DNA from: Haliotis rufescens
Lineage: Eukaryota
Length of the DNA stretch: 64,000 nt
NCBI RefSeq assembly: GCF_023055435.1
Contig: NW_025963813.1
Span: forward strand, 38,502,001-38,566,000
Reading direction: 5' to 3'
Every line of letters begins with the position of its first letter. Within the stretch, counting starts at the first letter, position 1. This document shows, piece after piece, positions 1 through 13,644 of this stretch. The notes under the pieces were generated by a model that was not told where the DNA came from, searched no databases, and worked only from the letters and a program-made list of their open reading frames with translations. The translations under genes and the position numbers were made by a program.

Positions 1-199
1 CACGTGCACACATAATTATCATAGTTAATTGGCACTACTCGTTCATAATAAATATTACATGGCCTTATATTCCTATGGATAATAAAACTATAATTAATAA
101 TAACATTATTGAATAACACACGCTTGACATTGCTGCACAAAAGCAAGGTAGCAACCTGTTTTGTGACACCATCTCATGTTCTTATTAAGAACAGGAATA

Positions 200-368
200 G
201 GCGGTCGGGTAGCCTAGTGGTTAAAGCGTTCGCTCGTCACGCCAAAGACCTTGGTTCGATTCCCGATATGGGTACAATGTGTGAAGCCCATTTCTGATGT
301 CCCACGCCATGATATTGCTGGAATATTGCTAAAAGCGGCGTAAAACCATACTCACTCACTCACTCACT
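200..368 (+). mobile_element. tRNA-derived SINE, family 1 (GTC anticodon-like loop, (ACTC)n tail)
   Basis: A box tagcctagtgg, B box ggttcgattcc; perfect 12-bp TSD agaacaggaata at 188-199 and 369-380. Confidence 0.9.
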
Positions 369-1072
369 AGAACAGGAATAATCTTTCCAGTGGTACATTG
401 TGTATAAAAGCAATTTGGATCCGTGCATGAACTGATAATAGTTGATATATGTAACTGTAGTTGCAGCTCGTTTCCAGGTGGCTTGATAAACTTGGAATCT
501 CGGCCAGATATAGAATTAAAGGGTTGATGCGACAGGTGCTCCTCGAGGGCCCGAATAGGCTTATAATTATAAGCTCCTCATGGTCAACGATATATATACA
601 TGTGTATTAAATGTCAACAAAGCGTTTTCGTAATCAAAATACATGTAGCGCGGGAAGTCCCTACGGTGACTGGTCAAATTGTTCCATACGTACAACTATC
701 CGGCAATAGCAGTCACCTGTACCAAAGTGCTACGCTTATTGTTCTTATAATTTTGAATATATACAGTGAAAGCTGTAACTAAAATGACACGATATTGGAA
801 TTTCTTCCGGCCATTGCATCACATTCTCTTTTTATACGTACATGTACGTTGTTTCATCTTCTAAATAATAATATTCTTTGACTTAACTGATCTGAACTAG
901 AACGTATATCTAGTACACCACGTTTGGGAAGATTTCCACGGCGATCGATGACTAAGTGAGATCGTTTATCGCCTGACTAACGCCGTTAGAATTTGGCACA
1001 GTTGTCTAATTTTGGTATGTTAACATGTGCTTTTCATGTCTGTTTGAAGGTGTGCTATTAAAAAACAATACG

Positions 1073-1900
1073 TTTTTTATTTTTTTTTATTTTTTAAAAT
1101 CTTTATTCACATTTCAAATAAAATACAATGTGCAACATTTCAACAATTATACATAATTCAAAATCCACTCCCTTTATATCAAACTTTCAAAGCATATTGC
1201 AAATATAGACATTAATAAAATATGATATCATGTTATATTCCTAGGATTGAAAAGTTTGTGCAAGGAAGACCAGAACTAAAAGACAGCTGTATAAATGCAA
1301 TTTAAGAATGCAATTAATTTGGTCATATTGTACTATCTAATAATTTTACCTTAAATATATTTCAACTTAAGCTGAAAACCCTTTTCGTGATTGTTTAAAC
1401 ACAATACATTTGATAAGTAATATAACTACATTGAGAGAGTTGTCTCCCTTCCACTGATGTCGTTAACCAGTTGAGAACAAGCTCCCACGTCTGAGCAACA
1501 TATTCACAATCATAAAATCAAAAACACTAATGTACATACAGTTGAGTACGGGAATGGAATCTTTTACAGTGAGAAAGCTGTCAAATTGGATCCAAGATTG
1601 CACAGCCTTTTTTAAATATTTGAGCCACACATATTATTCTCGAATGGTTCAATAAATAACATAAATAGTAACTGCACACAATATACAGATAACAGATTTC
1701 TGAATGACAAAAGGTTTTCATTGTAAATGTAAAAAAGGTGTTGATAATTTAAATAGTTTTCAATATACTTTTATTTACCCTGCTTGATCTAAATTATCAA
1801 TTATTTCGATCAATACAGTGTGATCTACATTCGTATTAAGTAATATTTGATTTTTTTGTTTCCTTACTAAAAAATATAATATGTATAAAATATATCTTGT
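1073..1900 (-). mobile_element. Probable decayed L1/Tx1-like LINE 3' end (also ~29050-29860)
   Basis: Minus-strand FYDCEYVAQTWELVLNWL resembles the ORF2 C-terminal Cys motif; minus-strand AATAAA plus A-rich tail at 1073-1107. Confidence 0.45.
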
Positions 1901-2692
1901 CTGAGAGAGTGAGTCAGTGAGTACTGTGTTACGCCGCTTTTAGCAATATTCCAGCAATATCATGGCTGGTGACTCTAGTCTGAGAGCAAGATGAATCGAT
2001 TCTTGAGTTTATTTAAAGGGGTTTCTTAACAATTCTGAATTATATTTGTTCCCTCCATATGATGTAGTTAAGCTTGGCCAAAAGTGAAAAAAGGGAAAGA
2101 TATTATTACTGAAAACCACTTGTGAACGATTTTGCTAGTTCTATTTTCATAGTTCACTACTAAAAACCTATTACATGTATATATTCTGCTTTTCCTTTTA
2201 TGACAAATAACTCCATTAGTTCATTGATCTATGATCGTTATCTATTTCAAATACAATTCTTATTTATAAAAAGATATATGAACAAAAAAGTGTTATTTCA
2301 TGGATTGGCCACACAAGTATTTATTGCGCAAAGTAGGCAGCCAAGTGAGAAATATAAGATGAGGCGAGAATCTGTTTCCTGGTCGTCTTTGTGAAACACA
2401 TTTTTTTTAGCACATGAAGAGTATATACATTGAACAATACAATACAATACAATGTAATGCAGTACAATACAATACAAATCGAGATAATTCCCATTTTCGT
2501 TATTTTGTCTTTCACGTATCCTAGATATTGATAATAATTGTACTATTAGAACAACAACAATTATTTCTTTCACCTGTGTAAGTTCCTGGTGAAATTCATG
2601 TTTTTATAAATTAGATATAAATATCAACAACACATCATAACACACGAAGTATGAATAAGCGGTTTGCATGGTGCGTGAGTGCGCCCGAGTTA

Positions 2693-3311
2693 GGGCCAGT
2701 CACCGATTTTGCCTACGTTTGCGTTTGCGAATACGGTCTGCGACTGCGATTTAGAGTATCAAGTGATATTATGCCATGTTAAACTCACTGACAGCGCCAA
2801 TGTGATTGTGTTTTGGGGACTGGTTTGCATTTTCTTCTACGTTGCGATTTATCAATCAGGGGGCTTTTAAATCGCATAATATATCGTAGCAATGAAATCT
2901 AAATCTAAATCTTGATTCTTAAGACACCTGAATACGGTCATGTTTCTTGGATATTCCTTGCAGTTCTAAAACCACATGTAAGAGGCCATACTTTAAAATG
3001 GCATTAAAATTAAAAGTTGTCACGGTGATGCAACAGCTGTCCACATGGAACATTTCTTGCAGTTGGTTGAAAGTAGCCCTCCTCTCTACGACCACACACA
3101 TCCTGATGACAGAGATTTGGATGTTGTTGCCTTTGTCCAACTGTTAGCAACAATGACAGTGGATCTATGTCATTTTCTTCTACCTATTCTTTCAGCACCG
3201 TCAGCATATTGAGGAACCCCATTTCGAATTCAGCCAAAATCGCTGACGTAAACATCAGTATACTACGATCGCAGACACAAACGCAAACGGAGACAGTGCT
3301 CGAAAGTCGGT
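2693..3311. mobile_element. Putative non-autonomous DNA transposon (also ~30695-31270)
   Basis: Imperfect inverted ends: accgatttt..cgtttgcgtttg..tctgcga versus tcgcagacacaaacgcaaacg..aaagtcggt. Confidence 0.4.
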
Positions 3312-4310
3312 TTGTTGAAAAGACTTGCTTTGTATGAAAACCTTTCAATCAATATTAGAATCTATGTTTACTTACTCTTGTGTGATCGTACGATAGAATA
3401 AACATTTTCACTGTTAGTAAAGAATAAATTATGTTCGATATTGGGTTATCAATTTGAGTATTGTTTGGGTTATATAGCCCTATTTACTTTTTGTCCTTTG
3501 AAAATGTTCGATGTCAATTTCCTCGAGTTGTGGTTATCACAAATGAAAGAGCACCGACACTGAAACTGATTGAAGGTCATCTTTGAAACACTTAGCGTAT
3601 GAAATAATCACGACCACTTCCGTCAATTTCTTTTACGTCAAAACACTGAAATTTCATCCGGACTTTTATCGGTAAATTAACCTCGTGGACAAATCCGAAT
3701 GAATGTATACTTTGACATAAACAAATTATAGATCGGATATGTACCTTCAATGATATGAATTACTTGCCAATTAGATGTCAAAGTAGGGCGCTTGATTGAC
3801 TTCAGTTGTCACATTAGGGCATTTCCATATTACGACTAATGTAGAAAAGTAGCAAGCCTAGAATACCATTACTTTCACCGTTGGATAGTTCCGTGAATCT
3901 GCTGACTTTAGATACTGTTGGAAAGAGAATCAACTAGAGATGTACAATGTGTGAAATAAGAAGGGCGTGGCGCTTTTGATACAATGTGTACGATTTTGAA
4001 ACCACGACGTCATCACAATACGGCGCTGAGCGGTATACAAAGCCAGTTGACGGCCCAGCTCACCGAGTGAGTGAGTGTGTGAGTTAAGATTTAACATCAC
4101 ATCGGCAGTATTTCAGACATATCGTGACGAGAAGTACATTATTAATACATAGATTTAGACTAAATAAAAATCTGTCAACAAAGGACAGTACAATAACTAG
4201 AATATCACAGATTCGATTTAAAACTCGTTGCGAATATATAAGAGCCATAAGTATCACTGAACATCACAATATAAAAATGGGCTAAGGATCGTCAGTAACT
4301 AAAGGGAGAT

Positions 4311-4692
4311 CCCAGCTGAATGAGGGTTAAAGTGACGTGTCACAATACGGCACCGAGCGGTATACAAAGCCAGCGGACGGCCCAACTCTATGAGGGTGAA
4401 AGTGATGTGTCACAATACGGCACAAAGCGGTATACAAAGCCAGCGGATGGCCCAGCTCAATGAGGGTGAAAGTGATGTGTCACAATACGGCGCCGAGCGG
4501 TATACATAGCCAGTGGACGGCCCAGCTAAATGAGGATGAAAGTGACGTGTCACAATACGGCACTGAGCGGTATACAAAGCCAGCGGACGGCCCAGCGCAA
4601 TGAGGGTTAAAGTGATGTGTCACAATACGGCACTGAGCGGTATAAAAAGCCAGCGGACGGTTCAGCTAAATGAAGGTTAAAGTGAAGTGTCA
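4311..4692. repeat. 70-bp minisatellite, ~5.5 units (copy A)
   Basis: Unit cccagctaaatgagggtgaaagtgatgtgtcacaatacggcaccgagcggtatacaaagccagcggacgg; a partial unit at 4012-4062 is split off by a retroelement-tail insertion. Confidence 0.92.
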
Positions 4693-4779
4693 CCTATCGT
4701 ATTTTGTACAATTCCATCGGCTCCTGCCATAACTAACACGTGAAGCCATTATTTCGATCCACTCACTGATGCTCTATCG

Positions 4780-6090
4780 ACTCGTGTGACGTCTGTGTTA
4801 TTTTTGACATTTACATGAACTCCGGTGACATATCCAAACATCATTTCCATTCGCTCTTCCATGCTCATGAACAGGTACGTAACCAGTGCACAACTTTTTG
4901 TCACCCACGCATAATGTTCGAAGAAGCAGTGTGGCCCCATTGTTATTCTGTACATTCACAATAGCTCCATCCCTCAGTAACATATCAACCCACTTTTAAG
5001 AACCACTCTTTAATGCAGAGTGGTGTGTCGCTTGTGTTTGTTGCGTAAGTTAACAACAGCTCTGATATTCAGTAACATAATAAATCTCTTTCGATCGACG
5101 CATTGATGCTCTATGGAGAACTGTGGCTCCCTTGTTATTCTGTATATACACATCAGCTCCAACCGTCAGTAACAGGTCAACACACTCTTTCCATCGTGAC
5201 ATTGATGCGCCATGAAGTGGTGTGTTGCCTGTGTTATTCCGTACATTCACACCAGCTCCAGGCTCCAGTAATATATCAACACACTCTTTCGATCCATGCA
5301 TTGATTCACCATGTAGTGGTGTGTCGTCCGCACTGTCTCTTCATTAACATCAACTCAGAGCTTCAATAACACATCAACAAACAATTACGACCCATGCATT
5401 GATACTCCATGTGGTGGCGTGTCGACCGTACTATTCTCTACGTTTACACCAGCTCCAGCCTTCAGTAACAGATCAACACACTCTTTCGTAGACGCATTGA
5501 TCCTTCATGAAGTGGTGTGTTGTCTGGTGTATTATGTACATTCACTTCAGCTCCAACCTTCAGTAACACATCAATCCGTTCTTTCGATCCACGCATTCAT
5601 CCTCCATAAAGCTATATGTCGCCTGTGTTATTTTCTACATTCACAGCAGCTCAAGCCTTCAGTAACAGATCAACACACACTTTCGTTCATAGAATTGGTA
5701 CGCCATGAAGTGGTGTGTTGCCAGTGTTGTTTTGTAATTGGACATCAGCTCTAGCCTTCAGTAAGAGATCAACACATTCTCTCGATCCAGATCTTGATGT
5801 TTTATGGGGTGGTGTGTCGCCAGTGCTATACTGTACTTTTACATCAGCTCCAGTCTTCAGTAACAGATCAACACACTCTTTCGATCCATGCATTGATGCT
5901 GCATGGAGTGGTGTGTCTCCTGTTTCGTTTTGTACTTTAACATCAGCGCCGGCCTTCAGTAACATATCGACACACTTTTGAGATCCACACCCTGATGCTT
6001 CATGAAGTGGAGTATCGCCTGACTCGTTTTGTACTTTTACATCAGTTCCAGCCTCCAGTAACATATCAACACACTTTTGAGATCCACACC
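4780..6090 (-). pseudogene. Untranslated, frameshifted continuation of the ankyrin array downstream of the copy A stop
   Basis: Ankyrin ORF fragments 5687-6094, 5050-5301 and 4798-4983; a 1-bp deletion relative to the repeat consensus creates TGA at 6091-6093. Confidence 0.85.
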
Positions 6091-6920
6091 TCATGTGTTA
6101 TGAAGTGGTGTGTCACCTGTCCTATTCTGTACCTGTATATCAGCCCCAGCCTTTAGTAACAGTTCAACACACTCTTTCGATCCATAGATTGATGCTTCAT
6201 GAAGTGGCGTGTAACCTGAGTTGTTTTGTACTTTTACATCAGCCCCAGCCTTCAGTAACAGTTCAACACACTTTTGAAATCCACACCTGGATGCGTTATG
6301 AAGTGGAGTGTCGCCTGTCTCGTTTTGTACTTTCACATCAGCCCCAGCCTTCAGTAACAGTTCAACACACTTTTGAGATCCACACCTGGATGCGTTATGA
6401 AGTGGAGTGTCGCCTGTCTCGTTTTGTACTTTCACATCAGCCCCAGCCTTCAGTAACAGTTCAACACACTCTTTCAATCTATACATTGATACTCCATAGG
6501 GTGTCTCGCGTCCTATCTTATCCCCAACATTCACGCCATCCTTCTGTAACAGGTCAAAACGCTCTCTCAATCTACGCCCTGATGCGTTATGAAGTGGAGT
6601 GTCGCCTGTCTCGTTTTGTACTTTCAAATCAGCTCCAGCCTTCAGTAATATATCAACACACTTTTGAGATCCAAACATTGATGCGTAATGAAGTGGTGTG
6701 TCGCCTGATCTATTCTGTACCTGTATGTCAGCCCCAGCCTTCAGTAACAGGTCAACACACTCTTTCGATCCATGGATTGATGCTCCATGAAGTGAAGTGT
6801 GGCCTGAGTTGTTTTGTACTTTTACATCAGCCCCAGCCTTCAGTAACAGTTCAACACACTCTTTCGATCCATGGATTGATGCTTCATGAAGTAGTGTGTT
6901 TCCTTTGTTATCCTCTACAT
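4880..6920 (-). repeat. 99-bp ankyrin-coding tandem array, copy A (~20 units, ~8 translated)
   Basis: Recurrent plus-strand unit ttcagtaacagatcaacacacttttgagatccacac...gaagtggagtgtcgcctgtctcgttttgtacttttacatcagccccagcc at 99-nt period. Confidence 0.93.
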
Positions 6921-9900
6921 TTACTCTCGCTGCAGCTGCCGGGGTGTCTCTTGACTTGATACCTGAATTATTGTCAGCTTTCTGCTTTCTGAAACCTTCA
7001 GCCGATTGACCAACTTCTTTTTCGTCTTCTTCGTGAGACGTATAAAGCTGTTCAAGTAAAAATAGAAGAACCTCTTGGCTTCCTCCCTTGCACGCTGAGT
7101 GCAGTGCAGTATTTCCATTTGGAGCCACCATGCCGACATTTGCTCCTTTTCCCGTCAAAACTCTCACGACATCCAGGTTTCCACTTTCACATGCTTCATG
7201 AAGAGGGAGTTGTCCATGCTTCGATATCATATTGACTGTGGCCCCTTTATCAAACAGCATCTTAACAACATCCAGATTCCCACTTTTACATGCAGCACAT
7301 ACTTCATCGCCACTAAGTTCTGCTCCTGCCACAAGTAAAGTCTTAACAATGTTCGCATGTCCAATTGTACATGCTTCATACAAAGGATTAAAATAGAAAT
7401 CGTGACCAGCAACATTTGCTCCTCCCTCCAGCAAAGCTTTCACAATGCCCTCCGTGCCTGTCCGACATGCCAAAACCAGAGATGCGTACGTACATTCACT
7501 ATCAACATCAACTCTATCCAGCACCAGTTTTACAATTTCTTCCTCTCCACTGAGACAAGCCGCAAATAGAGGAGACATATACTTATACTTATACTTATCC
7601 ACATAACCTACTGCTCCTCTATCCAGTAACAGTTTCACTACGCCCTTGTGACCAGACAGACACGCTTGATAAAGTGAAGTTTTTTTCATCTTATCTGTTA
7701 CATCAATATCTACACCCTTGTCAATCACATACTCCACAGCTGACACAAGACCATGTTTACACAGGTAATGCAGCACAGTTCTGTCATAGCTGTCCGATGC
7801 ATTCAGATCAGGAAGAAGGCGAAGTATCTGGCGTACAAAGTTACAATCTCCAGTCTCCGCTGCTATCATCAGCGGGGTCTGTTCAGGTTCTCCGTAGGTC
7901 GCATTGATGTCCAGTTTTACATGTTGTGTCAGATATGTCAGCACATTTCCTGCAGCATGTTTGCACACACCCAATAAGATCTCATCTATTTCTGACTGAT
8001 GCAGTGTAATGTTTCCCTTCTCCAGTATGTATTTCACCATGGTTGGGGATTTGTTGCTTGGCAGCAACTCCAAACAGGATGCTCGTGTTTTTCTATCAGT
8101 GTTCCTCAGAAATGTATTTACAGATATCTGATATTGTACTTTCAGTATGTTCATCAGTTTATCAATGAAATCAGGATCACAACAGATTTGGTGTGAGATT
8201 ACATATGCCAAGTTGCCCAGCTGAATCTCCATGGCAAATCTCTGCACCAAGTTGTCAATGCAGAAAAGTGGGATTTCTGCAACGAAACCTTGGTTTTCAA
8301 CAGTCCCATGCCTAAGTCGCTGGTTGATGAATGAGAGACTACAATTCTCAATGACAAATACTGGATCTTTTTCAGTCAGAAGAAATGCAACACTGTCATA
8401 GATTGATGGATGGTCAAACATGTATGTTCCATCTTCCAGCTTCAGATATGACCCAACAAGCTTATTGGCAGATGATACACAGTCATGCATCTTGTATTTG
8501 TCTTTATACAATTCAGACTGAGACACTTTACCATCTCCTTGGATCATTGCCTTCAGGAGTTGATGCTTTGATTTATTGTATATTAATTTCTGCAAAGTTT
8601 GGTTTAGAAATTCAAGAGGTCTTGTGAAAAACTCCTTTGCTGATACCTTGGCATTCTGTTTAAAGGCTGTGGCAAAAAGTCTACAGACATGTGGAAACCC
8701 ATGTGGACACGCGATGTAGCTTAATTCAAACATGACCTTTTTCTCAATGTCAACACCTTCCTTTCGAAAAACTGATTTCAAAATATTCAGTTTTTCTTCA
8801 CGATCTATGGTTGGTGAGAGTTCCACTAGATGTTTACTGCTTGTAAGATATTCTCTCGCTCTTCCAAGGTCTGGTAAAGAGGATTTAAGTACATAATCAC
8901 GACCTACAAGAATAAATAAAGATTGTTTCTTTTCATTTTGCTCTGGATTGATGGCAGTTGACTTATTCAAAGCACCATTTAGATCCAAGTCAGGCTTTGG
9001 CAAATCAAGAATCGGACGAAGAGAGGGTCTCCATTTGGTCCACTCTGCAACGTCAAATTCCAGATCACCAAATATATCATCCATCATAATCACTGGGTTG
9101 GTACAAGTCCTGGTGACCTCATTGAACTCGTCTGGGGACACAACTTGGTATACTTGTCTCCCTTGGCTGTGCAGATCTCTGAGGGCCATGTAGGCCACTG
9201 TAGACTTCCCCTCTCCTGGTCTTCCCTTTATTGTCACCCATGTTGCTCCTCTGTCAATCTTCTCCATCACCTCCTTATGTGCCTGTGTCGTAACCATACC
9301 TTGGGTCCATGACTGTATCCTTGATTCTGTTCGTTCTGAAAAAAATATAATAAAATTGATTGAACTGTACAAATCCGATCCTTCTTTCACACATACTGAC
9401 CTAGTGTTATTGTTACAAGCAACCTCTCCTTAATGTATAAATACATTTCACATTTGCTCCACATGATAATAAATTATTAAAACTAAGAACTGATCACTGT
9501 GATATATATCAGTAAATGAGCTGAGAAATTGTGTTAACAAATCTGAGAGTTAATATTTTTGGCTATTGAAAAGTAAATTTGTAAAACAACATCGCAAAGA
9601 ATAAGAACTTTTTCTTAACACAAAACTTGTTAACAAATTAAGCATGCCATTAATGGTCATATTGTTTTACATTGACATCCGTTATCTACTTTTACTATCA
9701 TTTTCATGTTAACTTCTACGTTCGATAATGTAATGGCTCAGAATTGTGGAAATAGTACCTGATGAAGATATGGAACACGTTTCAAGAAAATTAAAAGTAT
9801 CATCTACTATATAGTGCATAGATATTATATTGCAGAAGATGCACGTAGCGTAAGTCTCTTGTCCCTGTTTCTGCATATACCTCTTGCATCAATGTATTGA

Positions 9901-12900
9901 CCCTTTCATCATGTTCACGGTCTTATACTTGACGACTATTTTATCCACAAAAATATAACTCTAAATTACTACAATGATACTTGTACATGAACAATCATCT
10001 ATCTTGCTTTATCCACTGGAACTCACTCCTGATCTTCTGTACTGTAGTCAGTGGTTTCTCCTCCTCCTCCTCCTGGGGACAGGGCTGCGATTTACCGATG
10101 TTCTGAGTCCCTCCGATGTTCAGATTCCTGCCGCCCTTCACCGTCACTTCTCCAATCTGCTGTTGGACTTGGAGAACGTAATACTGAATTGCTGTAAAGT
10201 ACATAATTATTTGGTAACTTGACACTCGTGAAAGGGAAATTTCGGGGAACAAGGCCAAAACCATTAAGATATCAGTTCTAATTATATGACTTAATTGTTT
10301 AAAACCTTTTAATCGCCAACATGTTATATTAGTACTTATATATGGAGAAACGAAGCACAAATGAAGCCTTATTATTAGTTATCAGGTTTATACTTATTAT
10401 GTAAAATGTATTCATTGATGAAAAGATAATGCATGCATGAATTATAAACAAGCGTCTGAATGTGTTCATGTATGATGACAACTTGACGGCAAATAGTCTG
10501 CAACATTGAAAAAAATACGTTATTAGCATATAAGTTACTTGATTAATGTACAAACGTGTTTCAATTTACGTTTGATATTACGGTTGTTACGGAAAAAATG
10601 TTTGTTTTTATCATTTGGAACTACCGCCTTGTGGTTGTTCGATCACCCGGCGACAAAATAAGAAAATGGTACTTGTTATTTCCCTGCCTGGCGCTCATCA
10701 TTAAGGCATTGAACAAAGACGATCTGTTGAGTATCTGAGTGGGGTATTCGTGTTAAACCTCTGTGTGATATCTCAATGGGTTCGCACTATAAAACCGGCA
10801 TCAGCCGGACTAGCACAAGCAGCCGCAACCATGCATGAAAGTCGCTAAATATATGCAATTACCTTCAACGCAATGTCATACCCCATTCACTTCAAGCTGT
10901 TGCCATTTGATATTCGGGACTAGGATGTCAATGTTGAAGGGTGGGGGTATATATTTCTGTTAAGTGAACGATATATACTTTTTTTTGGTGAATCCTGAGG
11001 TCAAATAATTTTTAGAGCAATTACGGGAAAATATAATATTTTTACAAGAATATGAATTACCCTGAAATATATATAAGGGGCATTGAAAGCCAGATGAAAT
11101 AATGTTTTCCTGATTTAATGTAAACTGCTCTTGATTACATAAGCGCAGAGGTTTTGTTTGCGTTTTTAAGTGAAGATACATTATCTTCATCAATGTCAGC
11201 ATCTAGTGTGACTAAGTCAAGAAGGCAAATCTTCTTACTTGAAGCAGCACCAGATGATGGTGATGGCTCAGGCACCCAGTTTGTGTCCATCTCCTGTGTA
11301 TGAGATTGTGAAGGCATCAATGCCATGCTGGAATCCTGGCAGGTAGATGAGCCCTGTTTGGCAATATGATGCGTCAGCGTTTTTAATGCTGTGGGAAAAC
11401 AAGGCATAATTATTGTGAAGTATACTTAAAAGAGAGCATTCGTTGGAAGCTCCAAAACTGTCCGAATAATCTGATTTGATGAACTGTCTTGGCGCCCAGA
11501 AGGTTAAAAAGAACAATGTTTAGAGGGGTATTATTAAACGTAATGGTGACACGTCAGTCAAGACAATTATACTGGACTTTACACTGAATACCACCAAACA
11601 TTTAGACATTCTATGCAACTACATGCCAAGTATATATAAAGAAAACCACTTTACAAAAGTGCCGGAGTCTTCTGGAAAATATATCTATATCACGGTTCGC
11701 TTCCTTACCATCATGGATACTGTGAGAGTTCTGACGCTGGCCAGTCTCAAGCACCACTTTTGAAAAAGCTGCTGCCCCCAATGTAACATTCCCGCCTTCC
11801 TCATCATCTTCATCAGTTTCTCCTTCTTCTTCCTCCACAGTGTCCGCTGTTTGAACGTCCTCTGTCGCAACATCAGCAACTGCTGACCAAGTGCTCCTGG
11901 TGACTGTAGAGCATGGAGGACCTTTGTGCCTTTTACCGATTTTTTCTTTCCTCTTTTTATTTGATATTTGTTTTCCTTTACCCCTCTTTCCACATCTAGC
12001 ATCGTGTTGCTTTTTCTTGACAGCAGATGGCCTCTGCTTCTTTCGTGATTTCATGTTACCTTTACATTCGGTGTCCCTTTTAGATTTTGTTTCTGTTTGA
12101 GTGTCTTTTTCAGAATATAATTTCCCTGGTCCCTTTAAAGGGTAAGATGTGTCATCCTTCCTTAATACAACCCTTCTGTCTAATGTTGACATTTCTTCAG
12201 ATTTAGAATTTTGTTGTGAATTCAATCCTTCATCTTTTTCATGCCGTTGTCGCATATTTCTCTCAGTGATGCGTAAGCTCCTTCGTTTATCACTGATATC
12301 TTTGTGTTCTCTCATCTCATATCCTCTCCTTGTTCGCCCCTTTAGTTTGGTCAACCCTTTACTTCTGGTTTGTACTTCCTCATTTCTGCTTTCTGTCTTA
12401 AATGTCCCTTTCATTAACCGGGTCACGATCTTGTCTCTTGTCCCTGTTTTCTTATCCTGCTTGCATTCACTTACTGGTTCGTCTGTCCTTATCTTTAGGT
12501 TGGTGGACTCTTTACTTCTGATCCCAACTCGATGTTTTTTCGCGCCTTTCGCCGTCCTCTTCTTCGCCATGTCAGTCCCTTTATTTCTTGACTCTAACGA
12601 CATTGATCTGTTAGCAGCACTGTCAGTCTCATTTGGCCTTCTTCTGTTTCTCTGGGTCAACCCTTTACTTGTGCCTTCAACTCTCATTCCCTCATTGGCC
12701 CCACCCTCTGTGTCCTCCATCCTTCTTGACTTTACCCTTGGCAGCCCTTTACTTCTGCCTTCAACCCTCATCCTCTCATGGGCCTCACCCTCTGTGTCCT
12801 CCATCATTCTTTTCTTTACCCTGGTCAACCCTTTACTTCTGCCATCAACCCTCATTCTCTCATTGGTCTCACCCTCTGTGTCCTCCATCCTATTCTTTAC

Positions 12901-13308
12901 CCTGGTCAACCCTTTACTTCTGCCCTCAACCCTCATTCTCTCATTGGTCTCACACTCTGTGCCCTCCATCCTTTTCTTTACCCTGGTCAACCCTTTACTT
13001 CTGCCCTCGACCCCCATTCTCTCATTGGTCTCACCCTCTGTGTCCTCCATCCTTCTTTTCTTTACCCTGGTGAACCCTTTACTTCTGCCCTCAACCCTCA
13101 TTCTCTCATGGGCCTCACCCACTGTGTCCTCCATCCTTCTTTTCTTTACCCTGGTCAACCCTTTACTTCTGCCCTCGACCCTCATTCTCTCATGGGCCTC
13201 ACCCTCTGTGTCCTCCATCCTTCTTTTCTTTACCCTGGTCAACCCTTTACGTCTTGTGTCCACCTTTACTCTCTCTCTTTGTCTCCACTCTCTGTCCCAT
13301 GCACCCAT
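6091..13308 (-). CDS. NLR-like protein copy A: basic 28-aa repeats + RHIM-like motif + nSTAND3-type NTPase + ankyrin repeats. Predicted exons 13308-11709, 11388-11143 (donor defective), 10191-10027, 9335-6091; ~1750 aa
   Basis: Walker A IKGRPGEGKST and Walker B PVIMMDDIFG (nSTAND3-like), followed by many GxTPLH-xA-xxG ankyrin repeats; all three introns are phase 1 with AG acceptors; donors G|GTAAGG (11709) and A|GTGAGT (10027); start codon uncertain. Confidence 0.8.
12200..13290 (-). repeat. 84/81-bp coding repeat (RSKGLTRVKKRRMEDTEGEAHERMRVEG), ~7 near-identical units plus several diverged units; copy A only
   Basis: Visible in ORF 11611-13323 and as repeated plus-strand ccctggtcaaccctttacttctgccctc. 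Confidence 0.9.
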
Positions 13309-13644
13309 CTTTCCCTTACACAAGCCAACACTTTACTTCTCGTCTGCATGTGCACTGTTTTCACGCCATCAATTACTGTGTTATTGATCCTTGCTAACTT
13401 TACTTGGGTGAATCGTTTCTCTATGACTACGACCTGCCCTCTCTGTCGCTCATATTTTCCAGTTGGAATATTTTTATTATTGGGCTTGCTGTTTCCTTCA
13501 GTACCACCACAGGAGAAAAGACATTTATATCAATCTGATGCTACAACTGTTCTCATTCTTGAACGGTGAATTCTCGGAAACCTGCACGAATAAGAAAATA
13601 AAAACACAACTACGTTTGTAAACACACCTCTGCAGATACAGTCT

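Noticed and set aside
200-275. tRNA-like sequences (also at 21256, 24192, 42911) as tRNA genes
   Set aside because: They continue into shared bodies and simple-repeat tails and are flanked by TSDs, so they are SINE heads
9336-9390. ORF-track N-termini of the 1099-aa and 1370-aa ORFs
   Set aside because: Intronic sequence upstream of the acceptors at 9336-9337 and 40478-40479
12149-13569. 412-aa hydrophobic and 263-aa plus-strand ORFs resembling membrane proteins
   Set aside because: Reverse-complement read-through of the purine-rich 84-bp repeat; mostly deleted in copy B
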